Positions 1 through 36,399 of a stretch of DNA of 64,000 nt are shown here, piece by piece (the first letter of the stretch is position 1; every line of letters starts with the position of its first letter). The stretch is from NCBI GenBank assembly GCA_963693365.1, contig CAVNZM010000004.1, positions 5,148,564 through 5,212,563 of the forward strand. The letters run 5' to 3'. The notes under the pieces are model-generated. The model was not told the origin of the DNA. It searched no databases and saw only the letters and a program-made list of their open reading frames with translations. The stretch is from Amoebidium appalachense. Its lineage: Eukaryota > Protista > Ichthyosporea. The translations under genes and the position numbers were made by a program.

Positions 1-109
1 CATTCGGAACATGCACAGATCATGACACGCTTCACAAAAATCTCACGCAGGCATGCACCCACCCACCCATCCAGCAAACCCCCCCCCCCCCCCCCCCCCC
101 CCCAACACA

Positions 110-140
<31 letters not shown>

Positions 141-261
141 TGTACACACACACACACATACGCGCACTGGCACATACACACACACTGGCACACACACACA
201 CGCACACTAGCACACACACACACTGGCACACACACTCACACACCGGTAGAAGATGCAGAAC

Positions 262-9156
<8,895 letters not shown>

Positions 9157-11207
9157 GATCGGGGTTAAAGCTATTCCTTTTTGGTTTTGTAATGAATTTG
9201 CTGGGTTTAAGGGTGGATATGGGCCAAAAACTCTGTGCTGCCCTGCGCTTTTGCCTGAGCCTTGCATTTTTACCTACGTGTGTTACAACCACACCAACCC
9301 CAGTATGTTCGAGGTGACGAGGGATCTTTTTCCTCTGTACACGTGAACTTGCAAAGCTTGGTCCTCGTTTCGTGCAATTATAGTTTCGATGCTCCGTCAA
9401 ACGCCATTGTGCCGTCACACTAGCAAAGTATGTGGTTGGTTTTCGGGTCCTTTTTTTTCTTTCTTTTTTCCTTCTCTCTTCCCCCCCCCCCCCCCGGCGG
9501 CGTGTCCGACGGTGTGTGTGTGAATTCCTGTGTGTGCGTGTGCGTGCGTGAGTACGTGTGTGCGTGTGTGCTTTCCCGATAAAACTTAGTGTGCAACTGT
9601 GGTTCGGTTTGCTCACTATTAAAACTCTTGATGTAGCATCACACACAGCTGTACCGCCTCAACGACCAGAAACCAAGGCCAGAAACAGGCAGGTGTTTTC
9701 AGCCTGGCTCAGCGGCATGAGCTGCAGGCCGGCAGCACAACACAACAGCGCAGAGTGCAAACTTTGAACCAATTGCAAGAGGGTCCCCCAAAGCTCATTC
9801 GTTTGGGTAACAGAGCTGAGAGGAAATCACCGAGTCATTTTTTTTGATTTTTTTTTTCCAGACTGGTCACTGCAGCTTCAGGATTTTGGCCGAGTCGAGT
9901 TCTGTTACAGACAATCATGGGACTTACAAGGACTGCACGTTGTTTTGCATTGGCAAAATTTGATAAATCTACACTCCAAAAGGAGTTTCTGCGATAGAGA
10001 GATTCAATATTCCATATTCACTAGCTACACTCCAGGTCACACCTGCACACCATAATATGTATTTCCGGGAGAGACATACGACCCGCCCCACAATTACAAA
10101 GATATAGATGTTTTGGGGGATCCACCGGGATCACGAAATTAATAAAATAACCAATCCAACTTGCCCAACAGGGGTTGAAGGCTTGAGGCGCTACTCGTAT
10201 ATAGTATTTCAAATGCCCCAAATGTAAGATTATTGTTGACTTTTTACCCCCAGTTGGGCTGTATTTTTCAGCCCAGATTTTGTATGAACCCCCCTTTCTT
10301 CCGTCTTATAAAGAGCGGTTTCTTTTGATCATGCCTTTTGATTAAACTTCCAGACCCCGACTTTTCAAACAGGGCTTCATATTCTCTTTTGGAGTGCAAG
10401 TGATCGAAAATCCACCAGATCCGTTTTGAAAAAAAAACCGGGCCCATTATTTTGCCTTTCTTCACAAATAGTGTCTAATACATACAACACCTCACAGTAA
10501 CATTGTTATGCGCACCTATTGACTGCTCAGAAATACAACCAAGGATGATACTTCAGTAAGTACAAGCCCTGTGTGGCGGTTTTTTGGCGAAAGCTAGCGG
10601 CTGCCGCGCACTGGATCGTTGGCGGCTGGGGTGCTTGTTACAGTAGGTGACGGTGACCACGGCGCTTACCATATGCATACACGCATGTGCATTGAAGACT
10701 TTATCGGGCACTGTAAAGAAATGAAACCACAGGAGAAAGTGTCTGTGTGGGCTGCCGTGGATGGGTGATGGTTGCAAGTCCCCGCACACAGCTTTATTGA
10801 ACATAATATTGTAGAACTTGCGTACACTAGGCTACATTGGAAAATCCGGGCCAAAGCACATACACACTAACATATCCATTCACGTCCCGAATACTCCACC
10901 GTCCTGCCTCCACTCAACATGTTGGTTTTCGATTTTTTGTTCAGCGCACTGGAACCAAGACCGAAAATTGGGAAACTTGTTGGAAGACATGCTCAGCATG
11001 TGTGACCTATCCGGAACAATCGCTGCAAAATACAATGAATAGCTTTGGTTGGGTACCGGTTACATGGTCTGGATTGTGACACAACCAACCTGTCTTCATA
11101 CCCGCTTTCTCCACACTTACCCTAAATCGACCCCAAAATATCTCGCTTAGTATACACCAATTCAACAGACTAATTACAAACATTAAAGCCAGCCTGCATC
11201 AAACTAA

Positions 11208-12021
11208 TTAGTTATGGCGTTCGGGTGGGGCCTGAGCAAGCAGTGTGGCCTGAGCCTGGCGCTTTCTCAACATCTCCTCCTCCCGCCTGTCGTAGTGCAA
11301 GAAGTCCTCCAGGATCGATGTGTCGTAGTTGGCCGTGTGGAAGATCCTGCATCATGGAATAAAAAAAAAAGGAAAGAAAATGACAACATCAATACGGAGG
11401 CTCCAAAACATGCTATCTATTGAATACGACAGTGGCAGGGATTACCCCCCCTCCCCCCCCTAGCCCTGCCCCCCCCCCCCCCCCTCCCCCCCCCCCCCCC
11501 AAACACACACACACACACACACACGCACAAACACACACCACCAGCACCAGCACCACACAGACGCGTGCGCATACACACACACTACACGCTCTCAGACAAG
11601 CATGCAACTGAGCACCTCTGCAAGATAGGCAGCTAGCGGGCTGCTGGAGAGACCGGAGAAAGGAGAAGAGAGAGGTAGGGACTGTGTACAAGACGGAGAC
11701 ATACACACAGGCAAAGAGAGTAAACGGGAGAGAGAAAGGATAAAAGGTTGCGACCGGGGCAGGGGGGAGGGAGATTTTTTTTTTCTTTTTTTTTTCGCAT
11801 TTTCTTTTCTTTTTTTTATTATCCCGTTTTGTTCCCGGAGGGACCCCTTGGGGCCCTCATGGGGAACTACAGTCTTCCACCCAGCACCGACAGTACTCTA
11901 GCTAGGGTGCTACGGTATTATTAGCTAAGCTAACACACCCAACTATTTGCACACACTTAGCCCAGGGTATTCACCCCAGCCACGCCAGTGGGTAGGGGAG
12001 GGAGAGAGAGGAAGGTAGAGA

Positions 12022-12054
<33 letters not shown>

Positions 12055-12566
12055 TGTGTGTGTGTGTGTGTGTGTGCATGTGGGAAAGAGTCTGAGAGGG
12101 AATGATAGGAACCAGAGGGGGGGGGGGGGGGGGGGGGAGGTGGAGGGGGGTTTGCAAGGGAGTGATAGGTAGAGAGAAAGAAAGACGTACTTGAGAAACT
12201 CCAACCCCTCAGCCGTTGAAATCTCCGACGCGTCGCGGCTGCGCGTGGGGGGCAGGTTGTCGTTGAGCTTGTTCTTGAGGTGCTGCACCTTTGCAAACTT
12301 GATGTCCTTCACGTACAGCCACTGCACACTGAACGTGCCCTTCCACTTGCCGTCGTCTGACCACACGCTGGCGTTGCTGTCGTAGTCAACTGCTGAAGTC
12401 ATTTGCGCAACACCGCAGAAATGCTGCAGAAAAGGGGGCGGGGCGGGTGGCGCGGCGGCGGCGGGGGAGGGGTGGGGGGGGAGGGGGGAGGGGGGGAGAG
12501 AGGGGGGGGGAGGTGGGGGTGGGAGAGGAAGAGAAGAAAGAGACGGTGTGTTTGTGTTTGTGTTTG

Positions 12567-12617
<51 letters not shown>

Positions 12618-12822
12618 TTGAGGGGTGGCATGGAATATGTAGTGCAAGCAAGAGGAAGCGCAGTTTGGGGGGGGGGGGGGGGGGGGGGGGGGAAGGGACC
12701 AAGGAGTGTTTAGGGCAAAGTTGTGATACTGGATGGTGGGAGACCGGGGAGATTGCAGACGGGGGGGAAGCGTGATGAGATAGGTGGTGGGAGTGTATGA
12801 GGATGATGTGGGCTGGGGTGCG

Positions 12823-12864
<42 letters not shown>

Positions 12865-13910
12865 AAGGCTTTCTTTTTTTCCATTTTTATTTCTTTTCTT
12901 TTCATTTTTTTTCTTTGGGGTTGGGGGGGGGGGGAGGGGGGGGGGGGGGGGGTGATGTTGAAGGGGGCAATGACGTGATGTTGATGGTGCACTTGTTTAT
13001 GTGTGCATGTAAGAGAGGAAGTATTTGCATGTCCCTCTCTCTACATGTACATTTGTGTACGTGGGTTGTGTGTGTGTCTGTATGTGTGTGTGTGTGTGCA
13101 CGGGCATGCAGGATGGATATGGAGCATCTGTGTGTGTGTTTGTGTGTGCAGCTGTTCGGGGAGGAGGAGGAGGAGGAACGAGGGAGATGCCCCTGTGGGG
13201 GCTGGGACGTTTTCTTTCTTCTTCTTCTTCTTCTTCTTCTTCTTTTTTTTATTTTTTTTATTTTTTTTTGGGGGGGGGGGGGGGGAGGAGGCAAGTACCC
13301 CACTGCCATTCACGCTGAAGAAGAGGTAGAGGGGATGTCCATTCTGAGATTTGAATGCTTCATCCTGTGCAATCCCGGTGTGTCAGAACGGGAAAAAGAA
13401 CAAACAAACAAACAAACAAACAAACAAACGAACAAGCAAACAAACGAACGAACGAACAACAAACAAGCAAACAATTACTGCAAGGAGACAGGTGCATTTC
13501 ACGGCTTAAAGACCCACGGCCGCAGAACTGGAAAACCTCCATCCGACGAACACCACGTGCACATTCTCAAACATATCTGGGCAAATGCACACTGGAGAAT
13601 ATTACTGTGCCCAACGGGTACCCACATGAGCACATCTGTGGCGGTTGATTCATGCGCCAAGAGGAAAGAAAGAGGGGGAGGGGGGGGGGAGGGGGGGGGG
13701 AGGGGGAGGGAAGGGGGGAGGGGATAATCAGATAAGGATGTGGATGAGAGAATGTCTGAAGAAGGCATGTGCGCAAGTGCAGTGGACTTTTGCGCACCCT
13801 ACCCTATTTTTAGGCACGGGAATTCCCTGATTTTGCCGACAAGAGTGCTCACTTGGTTGTCAGCCGAGATATAGGCAAAATGAAAAAAAGAGCTGGAAGG
13901 GGTTGGGGGT

Positions 13911-13949
<39 letters not shown>

Positions 13950-14748
13950 AGAGGGGGAGGGAAGTGGCGGGGGGGAAGGGGGGGGGAGAGAGAGAGAGGG
14001 GGGAAGGGGGGGGGGGGGGGGGGGGGGGGGGTTGTACCAGAGTTCTGTTTCCTCGCTGGGTGCTTGCCCAGATGCCATACTTGACACTCTTGTGCACGTC
14101 ATCCTGCCCCACACACGTACACGTGTAAGAAAAAATGCTTCTCTCGAGCAAATACGTGTGTGCATGTGGACCCTATAGAATACGTTTGTGCTATTTCATT
14201 CGCACAAACACGCATACACACGTACACACGGTTGCGTGCAATGGCGCGTTTGCTAACTATGCCAATGGTACGTATCATGTTCTTGAGTTCCTTTTCCTTG
14301 CAAGTACATGTTTATGTGACTCGTCAAGAGCGAATGTACGTGTTGTGCGCATGCTTGTGCTGTGTTGGTGCGTGAGGTGTCTGAGAAGAGAACGAGGGCC
14401 GCTCTTGTGCACGGATGGATCAATTGCATACCAACGTACGTGCAAATCTGTTCTCTACTCATTCTTTCTCCATGTGAAAGGGGGGAGAAGGGGGGAGGGG
14501 GGGGGGGAAGGTGAGTGAGGGAGGGAGGGACGGCAGGGAGGCAAGATGGCAGGGGGCGAGGGATGGAGAGCCGGGGGAATGGGGGGGTTGGGGGGGGGGG
14601 GGGGGGGGGGGGAGGGGGGGGGGGGTTGGACGCAAACACACGTCAGTGCACAGGCACCCACACATGCCTCTTCCCCCATTACCCCCCCTTACACATGCAC
14701 AGACATACCCGCAGACACACACACACACGTGCACACACACGTGCACAC

Positions 14749-14800
<52 letters not shown>

Positions 14801-15808
14801 GTACCTCCTGGAACGACTTGATGACAAAGAACCTCGCCTTGGGTGGGTTGAGGTCAAACGTGGCCGGGTTGTAGGTGACTCCATTGTACACTGCCGGCTT
14901 TCCCTTTCCTGGGGCAGGGCACCTCACCGCTGCTCCACCCGCCGGCCTCACCACAGCACCTACACTAGCCGGCCTTGGTGCCCCGGGTCTAACAACCCCT
15001 GCCGCCGCCGGTGCAGCGCCCCTAATAGCCCCTGGCGCTGGTGCCGGGGAGCCTGCAGCCCGCAGGGCCCCTGTGGGGGCAGGTGTGCGCAGAGTAGTAC
15101 CGTTTGCAACGGGGGATGAATGTGTGGGCCGGCCGGCTGGGGAAACGCTGGTAGAGGGTGGGGCAGATGACCGTGGGGCAGAGGCGGGTGATTGGGTTGA
15201 TGATGATGGGCCACGGGCGGATTGGGCTACCTTGGCCCAAGTGCCTCCCTGTGCAGCTGTGCGTGTGTGAAAAGAGAGAGAGAGAGAGAGAGAGTGTGTG
15301 TGTGTGAAAAGAGGATGTGTGGAGGAGGAAGGGAGGGAAGGAAATGTGTGGAAGGAGGTGGAAGGCCGAGGGAATGAGGGAGGGGATGGGGGTCGGGGTG
15401 GGGTAGGGCAGGGTGGTTGGGTGGATGGTTGGGGGAAGGGGGGGCGGGGGAGGGGGGGGGGGAGGTTTGGTTATTAGGGCTTTATATAGGGGATATATGT
15501 TTATAATGGAATGTATGGCTGGGCGAATAATGTTGCTTGGCAAGGGTGTGTGTGTGTTGGTGTTGCTGTTGGTGGTGGTGGTGGTGGTGGTGGTGGGGGG
15601 GGGGGGGGGGGGGGGAGGATCGTTGGTGGCAATGTCGGGGAGCTGGTAAACACGGACGGCGGTCTGTTTACAAACCAATCCCATCTCTCAAAGTCACAGC
15701 CATCCACACCTTCCGCATGCTCCCCCATACACTCCCATCCACCCCCTCCCCCCCCCCTGCCCCTTCCCCCTCTCTCACACCCCTCCATCCGCCCCGACCT
15801 CCCCCCCC

Positions 15809-15839
<31 letters not shown>

Positions 15840-16539
15840 ATCCACCCCCTCCTCCCCTATCAGCCCCACCACACACACCCCTCCCCTCATTCTCCCCCCC
15901 CTCACCCAACCACCCAAACCTCCACCACCTCCTCCCCTCCTCATCCGAACACGCAATTCCTCTCCCCCCACCCCCCCCCCAATCTCCCTCCCACCCGGAG
16001 ACACCCATCCACACCCACACACCTCCCCACCATCCCTCCCCCCTCCACAAACCGTCCCTCATTCTCCCCCTGACATCCCCTTCAACCACCCCCCCACCCA
16101 TCCACACCTCCCAGGCCCCCCCCCCCCCCCCCCCCCCCCATACACACACACACACACCCTCTCCTCCTTTCCACCCACCATCCTCCCCATCCACACTCCC
16201 CCCCCCCCCCCCCCCCCCACCCTCCCATCCTCCCCTCCCCCCCCCCCTATCCCCCCCCCCATCCCCAACTTTTACCCCCCACCCCCCTACCCACCCACAA
16301 AACACACACACCCACCCTGCTGTGCGGCCGCCTTTTTCGCCGCCTCCTCCCTCGCCGCCTGTTGCCTCCTCTCCCTCCTCCTCGTGCTGTGCCAGCAGCT
16401 GCTGCCTGAGTCTCTCCTGCAACATCAGTTCCTCTCTCTGTTTTTCGATCGTCAGCTGACGTAGCTGCTCGGCTAGCTTGCGTTGCTCGTCGTCGGCAAG
16501 CGCCGCACTTACGTCCTGTGGTTGTGTGTGTGTGAGTGA

Positions 16540-16617
<78 letters not shown>

Positions 16618-16781
16618 GGAAGGGGGGGGAGGGGGGGGAGAGCAGGAGGGGCTTTGGGGGGGGGGGGGGGGGGGGGGGGTTAGAATGTGTTCAGAGTGCA
16701 AAGTACACTGTTTCAGCGGACAACACAATGTAGAGTGTAAGCCACACATAAGGAGTATGCATAACAAGACGAGACCCGGAA

Positions 16782-16815
<34 letters not shown>

Positions 16816-17553
16816 CAAGTGGGTATGGGTGTGGTGAGGCTAGCGCGTGTATAGGTTTGGGCGGGGGGGGGGACGGGGGGGGGGGATGAGCGCTGGAAAA
16901 CGGGGGGTGATGGATTGGGAATAAGGGGCCGGGGGGAATGGGGGGGGGGGGAATGGGCGGAAGGGGAAGGGAAAGCGTGTGTGTGTGAGTAAGAGTACAC
17001 TTGTGTGTGTGTGTGTGTGTGTGTACATGTGTGTGTGTATGTGTGTGTGTGCGTGTGTGTGTGTGCGCGCGCGTTTGCGTGTGCGTGTGTGCATGCATGC
17101 ACACAACGCACCCGCTTGTAACATAGTGTGCAAGTGTATTTTAGTGTGTGTCAGGTCCTTATCTTCTCTTACACATGCTGGATTCACGGGGATTTGGGGA
17201 GAGAGAGGGAGGGGGGGGGGGGGGGGGGGGGGGGATGAGAGAGAGAAAGAGAGAGAGAGAGAGTGTGTGTGTGTGTGCGTGCATGCGCCATGGGTGAGAG
17301 GGGAGGCGGGGAGGTGGGGTTTTTTTGAACCGTCAACGGTGCACTCTGACCGTCTAATTTGAGAAGATGGTGGTGGGAGGCGTGTGTTTGTGTGTGAGGA
17401 GGATGCGGAAAGAGGGGGCGGGGGGTAGAGAGGGGGGAGGGGGGGGGGTAGAGGGGGGGAGGGGGGGGGGGGGGGGGGGATTGCTTTGGATCATCGTATG
17501 TATGTCAAAAAACAACAACCAAGAACACGGTGTAGTGCTGGTGGTGGTATGTT

Positions 17554-17619
<66 letters not shown>

Positions 17620-19177
17620 AGGTGGGTGGGGGTAAGGGTAGGGGTGAGTGTGTGGGTAGGTGTGTGTGTGTGGGGGGGGGGGGGGGGGGAGGGGGGGGAG
17701 AGGGAGGGGGGAATACTCAAGCAGATGCGCGCACGCGGCGCCAGCATGTTTGTTACATGGACATATGTATGTGCCGTGTGTGTGCGCGCACATGGTTATC
17801 CACGCGCTCGTGTATCTGTGAGGATATGCACTGAACAGCGGGGGAAGGGGGTTAGCGGGTGTAGTGTGTCACAAAGTACAGAGAAGTAAGAGAGCGTGGG
17901 GGAAGGGGCAGGGGGAGGGGGGGGGGCTAGGGGTAAGGGCAGAGAAGGATAGAAGGGCAGAGGGGAGGACAGGACAGTGGGGGGGGGGGGGGGGGGGGGG
18001 GGGGGGGTGAAGGAAGGGAGAAAGGGGGGAAAGAGGTACACACAGTCTTTTGCGGAGCGGGCTTTGCTTGCCCGGATGTCTCCATTGCCTTCTGGTAGTT
18101 CTCCAACTGCGACTGAAGCGCCTGTTGCGCCTGGGCTAGCACAGCAGGGTCGACGGGCGCAGGGGGTGCGGGGGCAGGTTGCAAAACCTTCTCCTTCTCC
18201 TTTTCCTTTTCAGATGGTTTCGTAGTGGGTTGTTCCTTCGTCTTCTCCTTCACAGCGGGCACCTGCGGGCTTTTGGGTGCTGTCGCGGTTCCGGTTTGCT
18301 TAGGATCCGTTTTTTTGGTTGTCGTGGCGGTATCTTGCGTCACCGGTACCTTTTCCTGTTGTTTCGGTTCTGCTTTGGTTGCGTTCTGTTGCTTTTCCGC
18401 TGCTGGTGGTGCGGGGGCAGCGGCAACGGGCTTCTTACTCTCCGTATCAGCCGGCGGTTTCTGTTTCTGCGGTTGTGCGGTCGCAGTTTGCGACACGCCT
18501 TCCTCCTTCTTTTCCTCCGTGCTTGGTTCTTTCCTTTCCCCCTTCTCATCCATCCCTCCTCCCCCCTGCCCCTCCTTCGCAGGCTCCGGCTGCTGCTGCA
18601 TCGCATCCATCTCATCCCCCCACACCGACCTCTCCCCCTGCCTCTCCGCCACCCCAGCACCGCCGTGGCCCCCCCTCGCCGGTGACGCCTCCGACGACAC
18701 ACCGCCATCCGCACCCTCCCCAATCATCGCCCCACCGTCACCGCCAGTACCGTTTGCACCAGTACCGTTTGCACCAGTACTGTCTGCACCGGTACCGTTT
18801 GCGGCAGTACCGTTTGCACTACCGGTACCTCCTGCACCGACGGCGGCCACCTGCTGGTAGTGCTGGCTCAGCATGGCCAGGTACATCTGCTGCTGCTGCT
18901 GGATGATCTGCAGCTGGTAGGGGTCAGCCACCACGGGCATGGGCATGGCCATACCCCCCGCCATGAGTGCGGCCATGTACTGGTAGTAGTCCATGCCCCC
19001 GTAGGCCTGCGCCATGGGGTACTGTGCCGGGTACCCCATGCCCATAGGCATGCCCCCAGCTGCTGCAGCCGCCTGCTGCTGAAGACAAAAAAAAAAAAAA
19101 AAAAAAAAAAAAGGAAATGGGTGGCAGGAAGCAAGCCGAAAGAAAAAGAGAGAAAGAAACGTGTTTGCGTGTGTGTC

Positions 19178-19208
<31 letters not shown>

Positions 19209-19753
19209 AGGGGGAGGGGATGGGAAGGAGGGAGGAAGAGTGAGAGGGAGAGGGAGGGAGGAAGGGAGGGAAGAGGGGGAGGGGGGGGGGGGGGGGGGGA
19301 GGAGAGTGAGGGGGTGGGTGAGAGAGAGAGAAAGGTGGGTTGGTGTGTGTGTGTGTGGGGGGAGGGGGGGGGGGGGGGAGGGGGGGGGGGGGGAAGGGGT
19401 TAAGAAACGAGGTGTAAGTTGTGCTCGCATGTTGCATCCCATTCCGCACTTAAGAGCTATGTCTTTCAAAAGACCTCATCACAATGCCCAAACACTTTGC
19501 TTTCCATAAATTCATCAATTGAAATTCTAACTCCACCGCCTCCCCTCCGTACACACACACACTTCCCCTGAATGGTCCACGTGTGCACTCGCCTCATGCT
19601 GTTACGTGTCCATATACCACCCGTCTGTTTGCACCACATCTACCCTCAGCACAAACAAACCCCCTTGACAAACGTTCTGTCCCCTTCACCAATCAATTTT
19701 CTGTGGACACTCCCCCCCCCCCCCCCCCCCCCAGGCCAATTCTCTCTCTCCCC

Positions 19754-19784
<31 letters not shown>

Positions 19785-20068
19785 ACACACACCCTCACCC
19801 CCTCCTCCCTCCCTCCCCCCCCCCCCCCCCCCAAAAAAAAAAAAAACTCCAACAAAACCAGTTCCCTCCCCACTCCCCCGTCCCCCTCTTCCATCTCCTC
19901 GTTCGACCCTCCACACACACACACACACAGGCACAACCCCTCACCCCACCCCCCTGCCTGCTGCGCTTTCAGCTTTTTGTTTGCATCGTTCATCCATTCT
20001 CTCCATCCCCAACACCCTCTTGACTTTCCCCCGCATACCACTCCCTCTCTTCCCCACCACACACACAC

Positions 20069-20124
<56 letters not shown>

Positions 20125-20239
20125 CACATGCACACAGCTCCCCCCTCGCCCTCTGCATTTCCCTATTCCCACCTGGCTCACCCCCCCCCCCCCCCGCCTT
20201 TCCCCCTCCCGCCCCCCCCCCTCCCTCCCCCCCTTCCCC

Positions 20240-20270
<31 letters not shown>

Positions 20271-20952
20271 ACACACCTGCTGCATCTGCATCTGCATCTG
20301 CTGTTGCTGCTGTGATGGGCTATCAGACGCCGATTTCTCGCCCTCACCCGATTGCACTTGTCCAGCATGTGGACTTTGCGCAAAACCCGGGTGGGGAGAG
20401 CCCTGGGGCTGTGGGAAGGCATATCCTGTGGGCACATACTGGTAGGCCGGATACATCATGGCCTGTGCTGGGTACGGGTAGTATTGCTGCCCATATCCTG
20501 CAGCATACATGTGCTGCTGCTGCTGCTGCCGCTGAGCGTGCATCTCGGCAGTCATCTGCCCATGATGTTAGGTTGGTTGTGTGGGAGGACGAGGGTCTGA
20601 AGGCAGAAAAATGAAAAATGAAAAGCATACGGGTGTACTGCAAACACCCAACACCACCAAGACATAATCCACTTTGCCTCCTCACCCCCCTTACCCCCCT
20701 CCCCTCTCTCTCTCCACGACGCTGTACCATTACCAAAGGACATACTGAAAGCGTGCCATAAGAACCGTATGAGAAACATACCTGATCCTGGCCGTCATCC
20801 GCTTGTTGGTAGCCTGGGGAACAACAAAGTAAACTGTCAGAAGTTTGCTGTGCACGTATGTAAGGCGACGTGTACAAAATGAATGAGTGGGAAGGATGAG
20901 AGAGCAGATTTCTTGGAATGTTACGTTTTCTTCACCTTTTTTTTTTTTTTTT

Positions 20953-20983
<31 letters not shown>

Positions 20984-21399
20984 GGGGAGGGGGGGGGAGG
21001 TTGCTTAAGGACAAAAGGAGGGGGGGACGAGGAGAAGGCGGAGGAGGAGGAGGTGGTGGTGGTGGGCGGAGGGTGGGGGGGTATATGGGTGAAAAGCTTA
21101 TGTAGGAGTGTAGCGGGGAAAGGAAGAATGCCCTCACTCCCCTCTTTCCCCCCCACCCTCCCTCAACATCACAATCTAGCCCATAAACGGTCAGATAGGA
21201 TGTCAAAAAACACGCCTTCGTGGGGTAGAACGCGTGTACGGAGAAAAAAAAAAAGAAAGAAAAATAAAGGGGAAAAAAACAGGGCAAATGTTTTCTGGAT
21301 AAGTGAAACGGACCAACAGCAGTTCTTGGGCTCTGAAGTCACACACACACACACACCTTGCCCACCGTTAGGTGGCGGCTGCGGATGCCCTTGTGACAT
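11208..21399 (-). CDS. YTHDF: YTH domain family protein (YTHDF-type cytoplasmic m6A reader) with a long low-complexity N-terminus, ~846 aa
   Basis: Exons 21399-21357, 20813-20782, 20555-20277, 19078-18044, 16515-16312, 15248-14805, 14103-14038, 13364-13299, 12423-12191, 11346-11208, all phase-compatible. C-terminal YTH domain: [94 protein letters not shown]. Confidence 0.92.
11812..12000. repeat. Partial copy of the dispersed repeat also at 38545-40530 and 41205-41962
   Basis: T-run then TATCCCGTTTTGTTCCCGGAGGGACC..GGCCCTCA..CAGCACCGACAGTACTCTAG.TAGGGTGCTA..CACACTTAGCCCAGGG..CCCAGCCACGCC matches the reverse complement of about 41778-41960 and the forward strand of 38553-38755 joined to 39915-39935. 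Confidence 0.75.
16680..16781 (+). repeat. Copy of the ~110-bp G-tract-bounded dispersed repeat
   Basis: TTAGAATGTG..AAGTACAC..CGGACAACACAATGTAGAGTG..CACACATAAGGAGTATGCATAA between two poly-G tracts; related to copies near 30.9, 44.7, 48.1 and 52.3 kb. Confidence 0.7.
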
Positions 21400-22052
21400 G
21401 TCGAAGAAAAAAAAGGTCGAAATATTTACCCTTATCTACGGTAGACCTAAGTCAGAAATAGTCCTAGTTGGGCAAAACACAAAAGGCCTAACCTAAAGTA
21501 CAGGCAAAAGCCACTAGTGGTCCTAAAAAGACACCTTCAAAGGTCCTAGCAACGAACTTCCATAAAAGCTGATCATCAGCGCCTATCTCGCGCCTGTACA
21601 TAAAAATCCTTTTTCTGCGGTATTCTTTTGCTTTGTTTCGTCTTTTTTTCCTAGCTTCCCCTTGGACATGATCATCAATTAATTCTTCCACTTGAACATG
21701 CTCGAGCTCAGCGAACTTGACAACAGCGGAGCAACGTGCACACTGACTAGCAAGCTGATTGGTACACAGATTAAATGGCGCGCTAAGTCAGCCAATCAGC
21801 TTGTTGTGGTATTTGTTTACAGAGTTGTGCTTTGAGACGTCACTTCAGTCACGGAATAAGACACCCTTTGGTAGTGTATGCTACAGTACAACTGTGCTAC
21901 TGAATTTTATGCAACAGTCAGTTGTATACATATGGCCTTCATCTTCCACTTAATTGCTTAAATGTCTCGAAGCGTGACCGCTGGCCCGGGAACGTCCGTC
22001 TTCCCCTAGGCCCTGTTATAAAGCCAACGTGTGTTTCTGTCAACATTGAAAG
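21400..22052. promoter_or_regulatory. Putative bidirectional promoter between the YTH gene and the 5'-nucleotidase gene
   Basis: About 650 bp of repeat-free DNA between divergent ATGs, with oppositely oriented CCAAT boxes (CTGATTGG at ~21755, AGCCAATCAG at ~21790). Confidence 0.5.
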
Positions 22053-36055
<14,003 letters not shown>

Positions 36056-36355
36056 GTGCCCAGTCGTGATAAAACACAAGTGCGGAAGGGTTCTGTGTAG
36101 GGGTAGTGACTTGCTTTGCTGATAAATTCACGGATTCAATGTATGAAGTCATCTTAGAGGACGGTAATAAAATGGTATGTAATGAGACGTTTGTAACGGT
36201 AAAGAAAATAACTGGCCTGTGTAAAATAACCTTTTTTCTTTATGGGACTATGTTTATTCTGTTCTGTAACTTTCACTACTAATGGAGGATGGGTGTCCGA
36301 AATCAACTACAGTAACAATGAGTAGCCTGAAAAAGTGTGTGTGTGTGTGTGTGTT

Positions 36356-36399
<44 letters not shown>

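Noticed and set aside
9960-10410. Short inverted match CACTCCAAAAG / CTTTTGGAGTG suggesting an old MITE
   Set aside because: Only about 11-15 bp match, with no TSD and no extended arms that I could verify.
21488-21691. 67-aa basic ORF upstream of the YTH gene
   Set aside because: Non-ATG start in the sequence, no recognisable motif, and located in the probable promoter or 5' UTR.
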